Position numbers and translations under genes: made by a program. Positions 42,167 through 52,386 of a stretch of DNA of 64,000 nucleotides are shown one piece after another (the stretch's first letter is position 1; the number at the start of each line of letters is the position of its first letter). The notes under the pieces are model-generated. The model did no database searches, was not told the DNA's origin, and saw only the letters and a list, made by a program, of their open reading frames with translations. This stretch comes from Alistipes putredinis (GTDB lineage Bacteria > Bacteroidota > Bacteroidia > Bacteroidales > Bacteroidaceae): contig CAVCKM010000094.1 of assembly GCA_963602765.1 (NCBI GenBank), forward strand, positions 1,479-65,478, read 5' to 3'.

Positions 42167-44668
42167 TTACAGTTCGTCGAAGTTGATTTCTTTTTCTATA
42201 GATGTAGGTTCAGCGGGGTTGTTGCCCTCGCTTGGGATAGTCTTTTCGATAGGGTTGCCGTCTTCGTCGATTAGGATTTCCTCTTCGAAATTGAGGGAGT
42301 CTGTGTCGAGTGTGTCTCTGCGGCTTGTTCCGGCGTAAGAGCATTCGTACATGCTGCGGTCTATGTCCGTGCCGTCAGGCTTCTGGAACTTGCCGTGGTA
42401 CTTCTGGAATGCCGGGTCACCGAAGACAGACTCGAGGAAGTAGCCGCAGATGGGCAATGCCGTGCGCGAGCCCTGTCCCAGTGCTCCCGTGCGGAAGTGT
42501 ATGCAGCGGTATTCGCCTCCTACCCATGCGCCTACTACGAGGTTGGGTGATACGCCCATGAACCATGCGTCCGAGTGGTTGTTCGATGTTCCGGTCTTTC
42601 CGCCGAACTCCGTGTCGGTGTACTTTCCTATGTATCCCCACAGGCTTTGTGACGTACCGCCGCTTTCGCGCAGTCCAGCCTGCAGGAGCTGCTGTACGAG
42701 GAATGCCGACTTGATGGTGATGGCCTGCTTCGTTTCCGTCGGCGCGGTATAAATCTCTTTGCCGTTGCGGTCTACGATGCGTGTGATGAGAATCGGTTCT
42801 GCGTGAGCCTGTCCGTTGTTGCTGATGGTGCTGTATGCGTTGACCATCTCAAGCAGGGTAACGTCGCTCGAACCGAGAGCCAGGGACGGCGCATCGTCCA
42901 GTTTGCTCTTGACACCCATGTTGTGTGCCGTCTCGATGATGTTCTTTATGCCCATCTCCTGTCCGAGCCGTACGGCAACGGAGTTGATACTGCGTGCGAA
43001 TGCTGTGCGCAGGGGCATGGAGTCGCCCGTGAAATATCCGTTGGCGTTGGTCGGAGCCCACGTCACTTCCTCCTTCTTCTGTGCGTCCCAGACTTTCATG
43101 GAGAAGTACTCGTCGCGTCGCTTGTCGCAAGGAGTCAGTCCCTGTTCCATTGCCTCGGTGTAGACGAAGAGTTTGAAGGTGGAACCAGGCTGTCGCATTG
43201 CCGTCACCTTGTCGTACTTCCAATGGTCGAAGTCGATGTCTCCCACCCACGCCTTGACGTGTCCGCTCTGTGGCTCCATGGCAACGAAGGAGCAATGCAT
43301 GAAGCTGACCATATAGCGAATGGAGTCCATGGTTGACATCTCCTGTTCTATCTCGCCCTTGTCGTAGTCGAACACCTTCACCATGTGCGGTTTGTTGAGG
43401 TAGTAGTCGATGGAGTCCGGCTGACCGGGGTACTTCTGTTCGAGGTATTTGTAGACAGGCTGCTGCTTGGCAATGTCCTCGATGAAGTTGGGTATGACTT
43501 GATGCTTCTCGTCCTGCCACGGCTGCTGACCGCTCCAATGCGACTTGAAGTTGCGCTGCACCTGCTTCATCTGTTTGCGTGCTGCGTCCTCGGCGTACTT
43601 CTGCATACGCGAGTCCAGTGAGGTGTAGATCTTCAGACCGTCGTTGTAGAGGTCTATGTCCTCCAGGTTCTCGTTCTCGGCGCAGAGCTGTTTGATGTAC
43701 TTTGCTATTGCTTCGCGGAAATACTTTGCCTGACCGTCGTAGTTGTCCTCCACCTTAAATTCAGAGACGTCGATGCTGACGCTCTTGAGCGAGTCGAAGC
43801 GTGCGTTGGTGAGGTCGCCGTGCGTGCGCATATTGTCGAGCACGACGTTGCGTCGCTTGAGTGAGTTTTCGGGGTGCGAGATGGGGTTGTAGAATGTAGT
43901 GGCCTTGAGCATGCCTACGAGCACGGCAGCCTGTTCGGTCTTCAGTTCCTTTGGCGAGCAGTTGAAGTAGGTCTTCGCCGCCGTCTTGATGCCGAAGGCG
44001 TTGTGTCCGAAGTCGACGGTGTTGGCGTACTGTACGAGGATTTCCTTCTTGCCTTCGGTGCGTCCCTTTGTGACGGCGAAGTAAAGCTCCAGTTTCATGG
44101 CGGTAATCCACTCCTTCGTCTTCATGACAAGGATTTTGACGCCCGGAATCTTTCCTACCAGTCCCGTGCTGTACTGCGTGCGTACGCGGAACATATTCTT
44201 CGCCAGCTGCTGCGTGATGGTCGAAGCGCCGCGTCCGCCGTGTCCCGTAGCAGCGTCCTTTGCTGCGGCGAGCAGACCGAGCGGGTCGATGCCCCAATGT
44301 GAGTAGAAACGCTCGTCTTCGGTGTCGATGAGAGCCTTCCAGAATTCGGGGTTTACGTCGGCGTATTCTACTGGCGTACGGTTCTCGTTGAAGTATTTTC
44401 CGAGCAGCACGCCGTCTTCGGAATAGAGTTCCGAAGCCTGACTGGTCTTGTGTTCGCTGATTTCCACCCATCCAGGCGACTTGCCGAAGAGCCAGAAGAG
44501 GTTGATGTCCACGGCTCCGAGGTACAGTACGAACGCAACGACGAGCGATGCGACGGCTGTGGTGGTCTTGATGTACCAAGGTCGGCCGATGTAGCAACCT
44601 TTGTACCATGTCCAGAATTGTTGTAACTTCCCGACAAAGAGTGCGAGAATTTGCTTGATCTTTTTCAT
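42167..44668 (-). CDS. mrcA: Penicillin-binding protein 1A (bifunctional glycosyltransferase/transpeptidase)
   Basis: GT51 motifs (EDERFYSHWGID, GASTITQQLAKN) and transpeptidase motifs (STFK, KTGTSN). Confidence 0.9.
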   Translation of the reverse strand: MKKIKQILALFVGKLQQFWTWYKGCYIGRPWYIKTTTAVASLVVAFVLYLGAVDINLFWLFGKSPGWVEISEHKTSQASELYSEDGVLLGKYFNENRTPVEYADVNPEFWKALIDTEDERFYSHWGIDPLGLLAAAKDAATGHGGRGASTITQQLAKNMFRVRTQYSTGLVGKIPGVKILVMKTKEWITAMKLELYFAVTKGRTEGKKEILVQYANTVDFGHNAFGIKTAAKTYFNCSPKELKTEQAAVLVGMLKATTFYNPISHPENSLKRRNVVLDNMRTHGDLTNARFDSLKSVSIDVSEFKVEDNYDGQAKYFREAIAKYIKQLCAENENLEDIDLYNDGLKIYTSLDSRMQKYAEDAARKQMKQVQRNFKSHWSGQQPWQDEKHQVIPNFIEDIAKQQPVYKYLEQKYPGQPDSIDYYLNKPHMVKVFDYDKGEIEQEMSTMDSIRYMVSFMHCSFVAMEPQSGHVKAWVGDIDFDHWKYDKVTAMRQPGSTFKLFVYTEAMEQGLTPCDKRRDEYFSMKVWDAQKKEEVTWAPTNANGYFTGDSMPLRTAFARSINSVAVRLGQEMGIKNIIETAHNMGVKSKLDDAPSLALGSSDVTLLEMVNAYSTISNNGQAHAEPILITRIVDRNGKEIYTAPTETKQAITIKSAFLVQQLLQAGLRESGGTSQSLWGYIGKYTDTEFGGKTGTSNNHSDAWFMGVSPNLVVGAWVGGEYRCIHFRTGALGQGSRTALPICGYFLESVFGDPAFQKYHGKFQKPDGTDIDRSMYECSYAGTSRRDTLDTDSLNFEEEILIDEDGNPIEKTIPSEGNNPAEPTSIEKEINFDEL

Positions 44669-45612
44669 TTGGTAGATGTAATAATGTGCTCGACGATGTC
44701 GTCGTATTGTTCAGGGTGAAACCAAGTCATGTCCGTGTCGCGTTTGTACCAAGTCAGTTGTTTTCGTGCGTACTGGCGTGTATTGCTTTGTATCTGTCTG
44801 ACGGCTTCCTCGAAGGGTATTTCTCTGTCGAAATACTTGAACATCTCTTTGTATCCGACTGTGTTCAAGCCGTTTTCGTTGCGGTGGGTCATGTTGTTGC
44901 GTGCTTCCTCTTCCAGGCCGTCATCCACCATTTGCAGCACCCTTGCATTTATACGTTCGTAGAGTTCCTCGCGGTCGCGTGTTAGTCCTATCTTGATGGT
45001 GCGGAAGGGTCGCGGTTTCTTCTCGCCCGTACGGAACGACGTGTATGTTTTTCCAGTCTGGTGGCATATTTCCAGAGCGTGTACCACTCGGCGCGGGTTG
45101 TTCCTGTCTACGACGGCCCAATGCTCGGGGTCCAGCCTCTGCAGTTCGTTCACGAGGGCGGGCAGTCCTTCCGTAGCCAGCCGTTCCTTCATCCGGATGC
45201 GGATGTCGTCGCGCACGGTGGGGATGTCGTCAATGCCGTTGCAGACGGCGTCGATGTACATCATGGACCCTCCTGTGAGTATGGCAATCGGGCGTGGTGT
45301 GCCTCCCTGCGCAACATCTGTCCCGTCGGCGGTCTGCTGCTCCTTGATACGTGCAATGGTCTTCAGTACGTCCTGCTCGTACATCGAGGCGGAGTAGTAG
45401 TCTCCCACGTGGTGTGTTGCCACGAAATGGTGGCGCACGCGTTGCCTTTGTTCTGCTGTGGGTGCGGCAGTTCCAATGGGCAGTTCTGCAAAAATCTGCC
45501 GTGAGTCGGCGTTGATGATGTCGACTCCGAAACGTTCCGCCAGTCGCAGGCACAATTCCGTCTTGCCTACGCCCGTCGGACCAGTTACAACAATCAGCGT
45601 GTTGTCTTGCAT
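44665..45612 (-). CDS. miaA: tRNA dimethylallyltransferase
   Basis: P-loop GPTGVGKT and DSRQIF motif. Its stop overlaps the PBP1A start by 4 nt. Confidence 0.9.
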   Translation of the reverse strand: MQDNTLIVVTGPTGVGKTELCLRLAERFGVDIINADSRQIFAELPIGTAAPTAEQRQRVRHHFVATHHVGDYYSASMYEQDVLKTIARIKEQQTADGTDVAQGGTPRPIAILTGGSMMYIDAVCNGIDDIPTVRDDIRIRMKERLATEGLPALVNELQRLDPEHWAVVDRNNPRRVVHALEICHQTGKTYTSFRTGEKKPRPFRTIKIGLTRDREELYERINARVLQMVDDGLEEEARNNMTHRNENGLNTVGYKEMFKYFDREIPFEEAVRQIQSNTRQYARKQLTWYKRDTDMTWFHPEQYDDIVEHIITSTK

Positions 45613-45632
45613 TCTGTACGTTGTGTGTTTCT

Positions 45633-46406
45633 CTATCTGATTATTCCGCGCTCGGCGGTGGTGATGAAGTCGAGCACGTACTGTATCTCTGGAGTTACCT
45701 CCATCGTGTTCTTTACCTCCTCGATGCCTTCCTTTATGATGCCTTTGGAGTAGATGGTGTTGTAGGCTTCTCGGATGGCCAGAATCGTCTCGTTGGGAAA
45801 GCCGCGTCGGCGCAGTCCGATGAGGTTGAGTCCGGCGAAGCGAATAGGCTCCTTGCCTGCGATGACGTACGGCGGGATGTCCTGAGAGGTGCGGCTGCCA
45901 CCCTGCACCATGACGTATCCTCCGATGTGTACGAACTGGTGTACGAGCACTTCGGCAGAGATGATGGCGCAGTCGTCCACGGTCACCTCTCCGGCGAACT
46001 TTGTGGAGTTTCCGATGATGCAGTTGTTTCCGATGACGCAGTCGTGTGCCACGTGCATGTTCTCCATGAGCAGGTTGCCGTTGCCCACTTTTGTAGTTCC
46101 CTTGGAAGCCGTGCCTCGGCTGATGGTGACGTTCTCGCGGATGGAGTTGTTGTCTCCAATCTCGCAGACGGTCTGTTCGCCGTGGTATTTGAGGTCCTGC
46201 GGTTTTGTGCTGATGCTTGCTCCAGGGAAGATTTCGTTGCCCGAACCCATGCGTGTGCCTTGGTTGATTGTCACGCTGTTTTGCATGATGTTGTTGTCGC
46301 CGATAACCACGTCTGCGTCAACGTAGCAGAATGGGCCTATAACGTTTCCGTCACCCATCTTAGCGTCGGGGTGGACGAAAGCCATTGGACTGATTGTATT
46401 TGCCAT
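45633..46406 (-). CDS. lpxA: Acyl-ACP--UDP-N-acetylglucosamine O-acyltransferase
   Basis: Hexapeptide-repeat left-handed beta-helix, about 257 aa, in the lpx cluster. Confidence 0.9.
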   Translation of the reverse strand: MANTISPMAFVHPDAKMGDGNVIGPFCYVDADVVIGDNNIMQNSVTINQGTRMGSGNEIFPGASISTKPQDLKYHGEQTVCEIGDNNSIRENVTISRGTASKGTTKVGNGNLLMENMHVAHDCVIGNNCIIGNSTKFAGEVTVDDCAIISAEVLVHQFVHIGGYVMVQGGSRTSQDIPPYVIAGKEPIRFAGLNLIGLRRRGFPNETILAIREAYNTIYSKGIIKEGIEEVKNTMEVTPEIQYVLDFITTAERGIIR

Positions 46407-46484
46407 GGTCTTGATTCTTTTATAATTATTAAGCGGCAGACCCCCAAGCGTAGCGAGGGAGCCTGCCTATTTTTCTTTGTTCAG

Positions 46485-47870
46485 TTATTTGTTCTTTACC
46501 ATCTGTCCAGTGAACTTTGCCTCTGCCACGAGGGTGTCTCCGACGAAGATGTATCCCTGCATCGTGGAGATGCCGTGGCGTACGGGTGCGAGTAGTTCTA
46601 CCTTGAAGATGAGCGTGTCGCCGGGCACTACCTTCTTGCGGTACTTCACGTCGTCAATCTTGAGGAAGTAGCTAGTCCAGCGTTCGGGGTCTTCGAGGGT
46701 GTTGAGCACGAGGAGCGCACCGCATTGCGACATGGCCTCAATCATGAGTACGCCCGGCATTACGGGCTCTTCGGGGAAGTGTCCGGTGAAGAACGGCTCG
46801 TTTGAGGTGACGTTCTTTACGCCTACGATGGTGGTGCCGCTGATGCTGATGATTTTGTCCACGAGCTGCATGGGGTAGCGGTGCGGCAACACCTGGCGGA
46901 TGCGGTTGACGTCGAGTACCGGCTCCATGTTGGGGTCGTAGATAGGAGCCTGAATCTCGTGCTTGCGAATCTCGCTGCGCATCAGTCGTGCGAACTTGTT
47001 GTTGATGGTGTGCCCGGGGCGAGTGGCCACGATGCGTCCCTTGAGGGGCTTGCCGATGAGGGCCATGTCGCCGATGATGTCGAGTAGCTTGTGACGTGTA
47101 CACTCGTTCTCCCACGTCAGCGGTTTGTGCTGTAGGTAACCCAGTTTCTTGGCGTCGATGCGGTCGGTCTTGAGGAAGTCGCAGAGTTCGTCGAGCTTCT
47201 CCTGCGGCTGCTCGTGTTCGTAGATGACGATGGCATTGTCGAGGTCGCCGCCCTTGATGAGGTTAGCCTGGAGGAGCGGAATGAGGTCGCGCACGAAGAC
47301 GAAGGTGCGTGCGGAGGCAATTTCTGAGGGGAACTGCTTCACGTCGTCGATGGTGGCGAACTGCGAGTTGATGAACTTCGACTCGAAGGAGCACATCGCC
47401 GTGATGGAGAACTCGTCGTCGGGGAGTATGGTGATGCAAGAGCCCGTTTCCTCGTCCTTCACCTCAATCTTCTTGCGAATGATGTAGAAGTCCTTCGGTG
47501 CGTTCTGCTCCAGAATGCCAATCTCGTTAATCTTGTCGACATACTGGATGGCTGAGCCGTCCAGAATGGGGAACTCCGGTCCGTTGACCTGCATGAGACA
47601 GTTGTCTATGCCCATGGAGTAGAGAGCCGCCAAGGCGTGCTCTACGGTGCTGATGCGTATGTCTCCCTTGCCGATGACCGTGCCGCGCTGTGTGTTCACC
47701 ACGTGTTCGGCCACGGCATCTATGGTAGGCATCCCCTCGAGGTCGATGCGCTGTATCTTGTATCCTGTGTTCTCGGCTGCGGGGTTGAAGGTGACCGTGA
47801 GGCTAAGGCCCGTGTGCAGTCCTTTTCCGCAGAGCGAGAAACTACCTTTAAGTGTTTTCTGTTTGTTCAT
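46485..47870 (-). CDS. lpxC/fabZ: Bifunctional UDP-3-O-acyl-GlcNAc deacetylase / 3-hydroxyacyl-ACP dehydratase
   Basis: N-terminal LpxC (GKGLHTG..., HTINN) fused to a C-terminal FabZ hot-dog domain (LPHRYPMQLVD, FTGHFP), as is typical of Bacteroidota. Confidence 0.9.
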   Translation of the reverse strand: MNKQKTLKGSFSLCGKGLHTGLSLTVTFNPAAENTGYKIQRIDLEGMPTIDAVAEHVVNTQRGTVIGKGDIRISTVEHALAALYSMGIDNCLMQVNGPEFPILDGSAIQYVDKINEIGILEQNAPKDFYIIRKKIEVKDEETGSCITILPDDEFSITAMCSFESKFINSQFATIDDVKQFPSEIASARTFVFVRDLIPLLQANLIKGGDLDNAIVIYEHEQPQEKLDELCDFLKTDRIDAKKLGYLQHKPLTWENECTRHKLLDIIGDMALIGKPLKGRIVATRPGHTINNKFARLMRSEIRKHEIQAPIYDPNMEPVLDVNRIRQVLPHRYPMQLVDKIISISGTTIVGVKNVTSNEPFFTGHFPEEPVMPGVLMIEAMSQCGALLVLNTLEDPERWTSYFLKIDDVKYRKKVVPGDTLIFKVELLAPVRHGISTMQGYIFVGDTLVAEAKFTGQMVKNK

Positions 47871-47894
47871 TATAAGTGGTAGAGTGGGGTAATC

Positions 47895-48944
47895 TTACTT
47901 TTCTAGTTCCTTCAGTCTTGCCTGTAGTTCCGCGATGGTCTTCTGCATGTTGTTCACGTCGCGGTACATGTCGGGCAGGCGTTTGAATACGGCAGACGAG
48001 CGGAAGTAGTTTGTCATCGGCATGGGTGGCGTGCCTATGAGTTCCTGGTTGGACTTGAGGCTACCCGGTACTCCGGACTGTGCTCCGAGCATCACCTTGT
48101 CTCCGATTGTAATGTGTCCTGCCAGACCTACCTGTCCTCCGAACATGCACCACTGTCCCACCTTCGTTGAGCCGGCGACGCCTACCTGAGCAGACATGAC
48201 TGTATTCTCGCCGATGTCGGTATTGTGGGCAATCTGCACGAGGTTGTCCAGCTTGACACCCTTGCGTACGTACGTGCTGCCCATGGTGGAGCGGTCTACG
48301 CAGGTGTTGGCACCGATCTCGACGTTGTCCTCGATGGTGACGATGCCGATCTGCGGTATTTTGTCGTAGCCCTCGGCGGCAGGTGCAAAGCCGAAGCCGT
48401 CAGCACCAATGACGCACCCGGAGTGCAGTACGCAGTTGTTGCCCACCTTGCATCCGTGGTAGATGGAGGCGTTGCTGTAGATCTCGGTGTTGTTGCCTAC
48501 GGAAGCTCCCTCGCCGATGCATACGTGCGGATGGAGTACGCAGCCGTTGCCGATGACTGCCTTGGCTTCAATCACTACGAACGGGGCGATGTAGCAGTCT
48601 GTGCCTACCTTTGCCGTCGGGTCGATGAAAGCGAGCGAGCTGATGCCCTTCTTCTTCGGTTTCATAGAGTCGTACATCTGCAGCAGTTTTGCCACGGCCT
48701 CGTATGCGCTCTTAACTCGGATGAGTGTGGCGGAGACTGGCTTCTCCAGCTGCAGTGCCTCGTCGACGAGTACTACGCTCGACTGCGTGTCGTAGATGTA
48801 GGGTGTGTATTTGGCGTTCGAGAGGAAGGAGATGGCCCCTGGCTTTCCCTCCTCAATCTTTGCGAAAGAGTTGATCGTGGCGTTGGGGTCGCCTTCGACA
48901 CGTCCGTTGATGAGCTCGGCTATCTGTTGTGCTTTGAATTCCAT
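47895..48944 (-). CDS. lpxD: UDP-3-O-acylglucosamine N-acyltransferase
   Basis: LpxD N-terminal domain plus hexapeptide repeats and a C-terminal coiled tail. Confidence 0.9.
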   Translation of the reverse strand: MEFKAQQIAELINGRVEGDPNATINSFAKIEEGKPGAISFLSNAKYTPYIYDTQSSVVLVDEALQLEKPVSATLIRVKSAYEAVAKLLQMYDSMKPKKKGISSLAFIDPTAKVGTDCYIAPFVVIEAKAVIGNGCVLHPHVCIGEGASVGNNTEIYSNASIYHGCKVGNNCVLHSGCVIGADGFGFAPAAEGYDKIPQIGIVTIEDNVEIGANTCVDRSTMGSTYVRKGVKLDNLVQIAHNTDIGENTVMSAQVGVAGSTKVGQWCMFGGQVGLAGHITIGDKVMLGAQSGVPGSLKSNQELIGTPPMPMTNYFRSSAVFKRLPDMYRDVNNMQKTIAELQARLKELEK

Positions 48945-48965
48945 GACAGGGGTTGTTTACGTGGG

Positions 48966-49796
48966 TTAGATTTTTGCCAGTTCTATGGCCATCTGCTCCT
49001 GCAGTTCCTTTGCCTTTTCTCCGGCCACTTTGGCAAAGTTTTCCGTGTTGTCTGCGAAGATGATGCCACGGCTGGAGTTGACGAGCAGTCCGCACTCCTT
49101 AGTCATGCCGTATGTGCACACGTCCTGCAGCGAACCTCCCTGTGCGCCGACACCAGGTACGAGAAGGAAGTGTTCTGGAGCCACCTTGCGGATGTCCTTG
49201 AACATCTCGCCGCGCGTAGCTCCTACGACGTACATGAGGTTGTCCGGTGTGCCCCATTCCTGGCTCTTCTTTATCACCTTCTCGAAGAGTCGCTGTCCGT
49301 CGGTGTCCGTTGTCTGCTGGAAGTCGAACGAGCCTTTGTTGCTGGTCAGGGCGAGGAGGATGACCCACGGTTTCTTCTCGGCCTCATAGTCGAGGAAGGG
49401 GACTACGCTGTCCTCGCCCATGTATGGTGCGACGGTCAGGGCGTCCACCTTGTATTCGCCGAAGAAGGTCTGTGCGTACATCTTGGATGTGTTGCCGATG
49501 TCGCCTCGCTTTGCGTCAGCTATGATGAACTGGTCGGGGTAGTTCTGCTGTATGTACTTGACGGTCTTTTCGAACGAGACGAGTCCTTTCACGCCGTATG
49601 CCTCGTAGAAGGCGAGGTTTGGCTTGTATGCTACGCAGTATGGCGCTGTAGCGTCGATGATGGCCTTGTTGAAGGCGAAGATGGGGTCTTCTTCAGCAAG
49701 CAGGTGCTTAGGCACTTTGTTCAAGTCCACGTCCAGTCCTACGCAGAGGAAAGACTGTTTCTTCTTTATGTTTTCGAATAGCTCTTGTCTTTTCAT
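48966..49796 (-). CDS. pyrF: Orotidine 5'-phosphate decarboxylase (long type 2)
   Basis: [17 protein letters not shown] and PGVGAQGG motifs. Confidence 0.85.
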   Translation of the reverse strand: MKRQELFENIKKKQSFLCVGLDVDLNKVPKHLLAEEDPIFAFNKAIIDATAPYCVAYKPNLAFYEAYGVKGLVSFEKTVKYIQQNYPDQFIIADAKRGDIGNTSKMYAQTFFGEYKVDALTVAPYMGEDSVVPFLDYEAEKKPWVILLALTSNKGSFDFQQTTDTDGQRLFEKVIKKSQEWGTPDNLMYVVGATRGEMFKDIRKVAPEHFLLVPGVGAQGGSLQDVCTYGMTKECGLLVNSSRGIIFADNTENFAKVAGEKAKELQEQMAIELAKI

Positions 49797-49892
49797 GTCC
49801 GTAAAGTATTAATTGGTCTCCGTTGTGGAGACGCTGTGTATAGTTGCTGTGAAATGTAATTGTTGTCCCTCTATCTCTTCCGTCCCGTTTTC

Positions 49893-51002
49893 CTACAATT
49901 CCGCTTCCTTCATTCGCTCGGCGTTTTCTGCTACGGTGAGGGCGTCTATCATGGCTTGGATGTCGCCTCCGAGGAAGCCGCTGAGATCGTGTGTAGTGTA
50001 GCCGATGCGGTGGTCTGTGACGCGTCCCTGTGGGAAGTTGTACGTTCGTATCTTGGCTGAGCGGTCGCCTGTGGAGACGAGTGTCTTGCGTCGGTTGGCG
50101 ATGTCGTCGAGGTACTTCTGGTGCTCCCTGTCATAAATGTACGTGCGCAGGCGTGAGAGCGCGCGTTCCTTATTTTTTGGCTGGTCACGCGTCTCGGTAC
50201 ACTCGATGAGGATTTCCTCCACTTCTCCCGTGTTGGGGTTCTTCCACATATAGCGTGCGCGCACGCCGGACTCCACCTTGTTGACGTTCTGACCGCCGGC
50301 ACCGCTGGAGCGGAAGGTGTCCCACTTGATTTCGCCCTCGTTTATCTGCACGTCGAAAGGCTCAGCCTCGGGGAGTACGGCCACGGTGGCAGCCGATGTC
50401 TGCATGCGTCCGTTGCTTTCCGTCACGGGTACGCGCTGCACGCGGTGAACGCCGGACTCGTACTTGAGAATACCATATACACCGTCTCCGCTTACGGCGA
50501 AGTCAATCTCCTTGAATCCGCCGACGGCACCTTCGTTGGCATCCGTGACGCTGAGTGACCATCCCTTCGACTCGCAGAAGCGTTTGTACATGTTGAAGAG
50601 GTCTCCAGCGAAGAGGCAGGCTTCGTCGCCGCCCGTTCCTGCGCGTATCTCCATCTGCACGTTCTTCCCGTCCTCGGGGTCCTTGGGGACGAGAGCTATC
50701 TTTATCTCCTCCTCGAGCCCTGGCAGTGCAGCCTCGTTTTCGCTGAGTTGCTCGCGTGCCATTTCCTTCATTTCGGGGTCGCTCTCGTTGGCAATGATGT
50801 CCTTAGCCTCCTTGATGCCCTCGAGACAGTCGATGTAGCGTTTGCGTACGTTCATGATGTCGCCGAGGTCCTTGTATTCGCGTGTGAGTTTGACGAAGCG
50901 TTGCTGGTCTGAGATGACGGAGGGGTCGGTGATGAGCGTGGTCACTTCTTCGTAGCGCGACTCTAGTCCGTCGAGTTTCTGTAGTATGCTGTTTTTTTCC
51001 AA
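49893..51002 (-). CDS. prfA: Peptide chain release factor 1
   Basis: PVT codon-recognition tripeptide (RVPVTES) and GGQ motif (SGAGGQNVNK). The only in-frame start after the upstream stop is TTG at 51000-51002. Confidence 0.95.
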   Translation of the reverse strand: MEKNSILQKLDGLESRYEEVTTLITDPSVISDQQRFVKLTREYKDLGDIMNVRKRYIDCLEGIKEAKDIIANESDPEMKEMAREQLSENEAALPGLEEEIKIALVPKDPEDGKNVQMEIRAGTGGDEACLFAGDLFNMYKRFCESKGWSLSVTDANEGAVGGFKEIDFAVSGDGVYGILKYESGVHRVQRVPVTESNGRMQTSAATVAVLPEAEPFDVQINEGEIKWDTFRSSGAGGQNVNKVESGVRARYMWKNPNTGEVEEILIECTETRDQPKNKERALSRLRTYIYDREHQKYLDDIANRRKTLVSTGDRSAKIRTYNFPQGRVTDHRIGYTTHDLSGFLGGDIQAMIDALTVAENAERMKEAEL

Positions 51003-51029
51003 AGTAGTCTCTGTGTGAAGGTGGTGGGA

Positions 51030-52193
51030 TTAGTAGTTGAACTCTCCGAATTCGCTCTTTATGGTGAGCGACTTCTCGCCCTCTTCGATGCGTCCGATTA
51101 TCTGTGCGTCGATGTTGAAGCTCTTGCTGATGGCGATGACCTTTTCGGCCTGCTCGGGTGAGACGTATATTTCCATGCGGTGACCCATGTTGAATACCTT
51201 GTACATCTCCTTCCAGTCGGTGCCGCTCTGGTCGTGTATGAGTTTGAAGAGCGGCGGTACGGGGAACATGTTGTCCTTGATGACGCGGCAGTTGTCGCTG
51301 ACGAAGTGTAGCACCTTTGTCTGTGCTCCTCCGGTGCAGTGTACCATGCCGTGAATCTCGGGGCGCATCTCGTCGAGCATCTTCTTGATGACCGGTGCGT
51401 AGGTACGGGTGGGGGAGAGGACGAGTTTTCCTGCGTTGACGGGTGCTCCCTCCACGGTGTCCTCGAAGCGGCATTTTCCGGAGTAGACCAGTTCGTCGGG
51501 CACGGCGTGGTCGTAGCTTTCGGGGTATTTCTCGGCGTAGTATTTGGAGAACACGTCGTGGCGTGCAGAGGTGAGTCCGTTGCTGCCCATACCTCCGTTG
51601 TACTCTTTCTCGTACGTGGCCTGTCCGCAGCTGGAGAGACCTACGATGACGTCTCCCGGGCGTATGTTGGCATTGTCGATGACGTCGCCTCGTTTCATGC
51701 GGCAGGTGACGGTGGAGTCGACGATGATGGTACGGGCCAGGTCGCCCACGTCAGCCGTTTCGCCTCCTGTGGCGTATATGCCGACTCCCATTTGGCGCAT
51801 CTCGGCGAGCAGTTCGTCTGTGCCGTTGATGATGGCGGAGATGACGTCTCCTGGTACGAGCATTTTGTTTCTGCCGATGGTGCTAGAGACGAGGATGTTG
51901 TCCACGGCTCCGACGCAGAGCAGGTCGTCCGTGTTCATGATGAGGGCATCCTGTGCGATGCCTTTCCAAACGGAGAGGTCGCCCGTCTCTTTCCAGTACA
52001 TATATGCGAGGCTTGACTTGGTGCCGGCTCCGTCTGCGTGCATGATGTTGCAGTACTCGGGGTCTCCTCCGAGTATGTCGGGTATAATCTTACAGAAAGC
52101 CTGTGGGAAGATACCCTTATCGATGTTCTTGATGGCGTTGTGCACGTCTTCTTTCGCGGCGCTTACTCCACGAAGCATGTATCTGTTGTCCAT
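51030..52193 (-). CDS. purM: AIR synthase-related protein (phosphoribosylformylglycinamidine cyclo-ligase-like)
   Basis: PurM-type N- and C-domains (HADGAGTKS, DDLLCVGA, GHRMEI). Start taken at ATG 52193 (MDNRYMLRGVS). Confidence 0.8.
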   Translation of the reverse strand: MDNRYMLRGVSAAKEDVHNAIKNIDKGIFPQAFCKIIPDILGGDPEYCNIMHADGAGTKSSLAYMYWKETGDLSVWKGIAQDALIMNTDDLLCVGAVDNILVSSTIGRNKMLVPGDVISAIINGTDELLAEMRQMGVGIYATGGETADVGDLARTIIVDSTVTCRMKRGDVIDNANIRPGDVIVGLSSCGQATYEKEYNGGMGSNGLTSARHDVFSKYYAEKYPESYDHAVPDELVYSGKCRFEDTVEGAPVNAGKLVLSPTRTYAPVIKKMLDEMRPEIHGMVHCTGGAQTKVLHFVSDNCRVIKDNMFPVPPLFKLIHDQSGTDWKEMYKVFNMGHRMEIYVSPEQAEKVIAISKSFNIDAQIIGRIEEGEKSLTIKSEFGEFNY

Positions 52194-52246
52194 TGGTCGT
52201 GTATTACGTTTTTGGGTGTTTAATGTTCTGTGTGTATAGTTTCGGT

Positions 52247-52254
52247 GCAAAGTT
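52247..52254 (-). promoter_or_regulatory. Bacteroidota-type -7 box (TAACTTTG) for the purM-like gene
   Basis: Plus-strand CAAAGTTA, 54 nt upstream of ATG 52193 and outside the inverted-repeat-bounded cassette. Confidence 0.4.
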
Positions 52255-52335
52255 ACGGAAAATATTTAAGACTGCCAAAAATATACAATTCATAATTCGG
52301 CTCAACAGATTTTTCCTGTGGCAGCATATAAGCCC

Positions 52336-52358
52336 AAAAGTATCATCAAAGTATCATC
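52336..52358. repeat. Two tandem AAAGTATCATC units (inverse orientation of the right-hand ATGATACTT array)
   Basis: AAAAGTATCATC at 52336-52347 and AAAGTATCATC at 52348-52358, starting 3 nt inside IR-L. CAAAAGTA (52335-52342) reads TACTTTTG on the - strand, which is an exact TAnnTTTG. Confidence 0.85.
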
Positions 52359-52386
52359 TCTCCGTGTCCTTTTGTACCGCTGAGAT

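Noticed and set aside
46440-46475. Hairpin GGCAG...CTGCC followed by a T-run on the + strand, between lpxC/fabZ and lpxA
   Set aside because: It is oriented against the direction of the lpx operon and the stem is short and imperfect. There is not enough evidence to call it a terminator or a regulatory element.
45621-46595. 324-aa ORF on the + strand
   Set aside because: It is antisense to lpxA and the 3' end of lpxC/fabZ. It is a V/D/A/G-rich shadow ORF.
48225-49781. 518-aa ORF on the + strand
   Set aside because: It lies entirely antisense to lpxD and pyrF, which carry strong conserved motifs. Its composition is V/G/D/A/L-rich low complexity, typical of shadow ORFs opposite GC3-rich genes.
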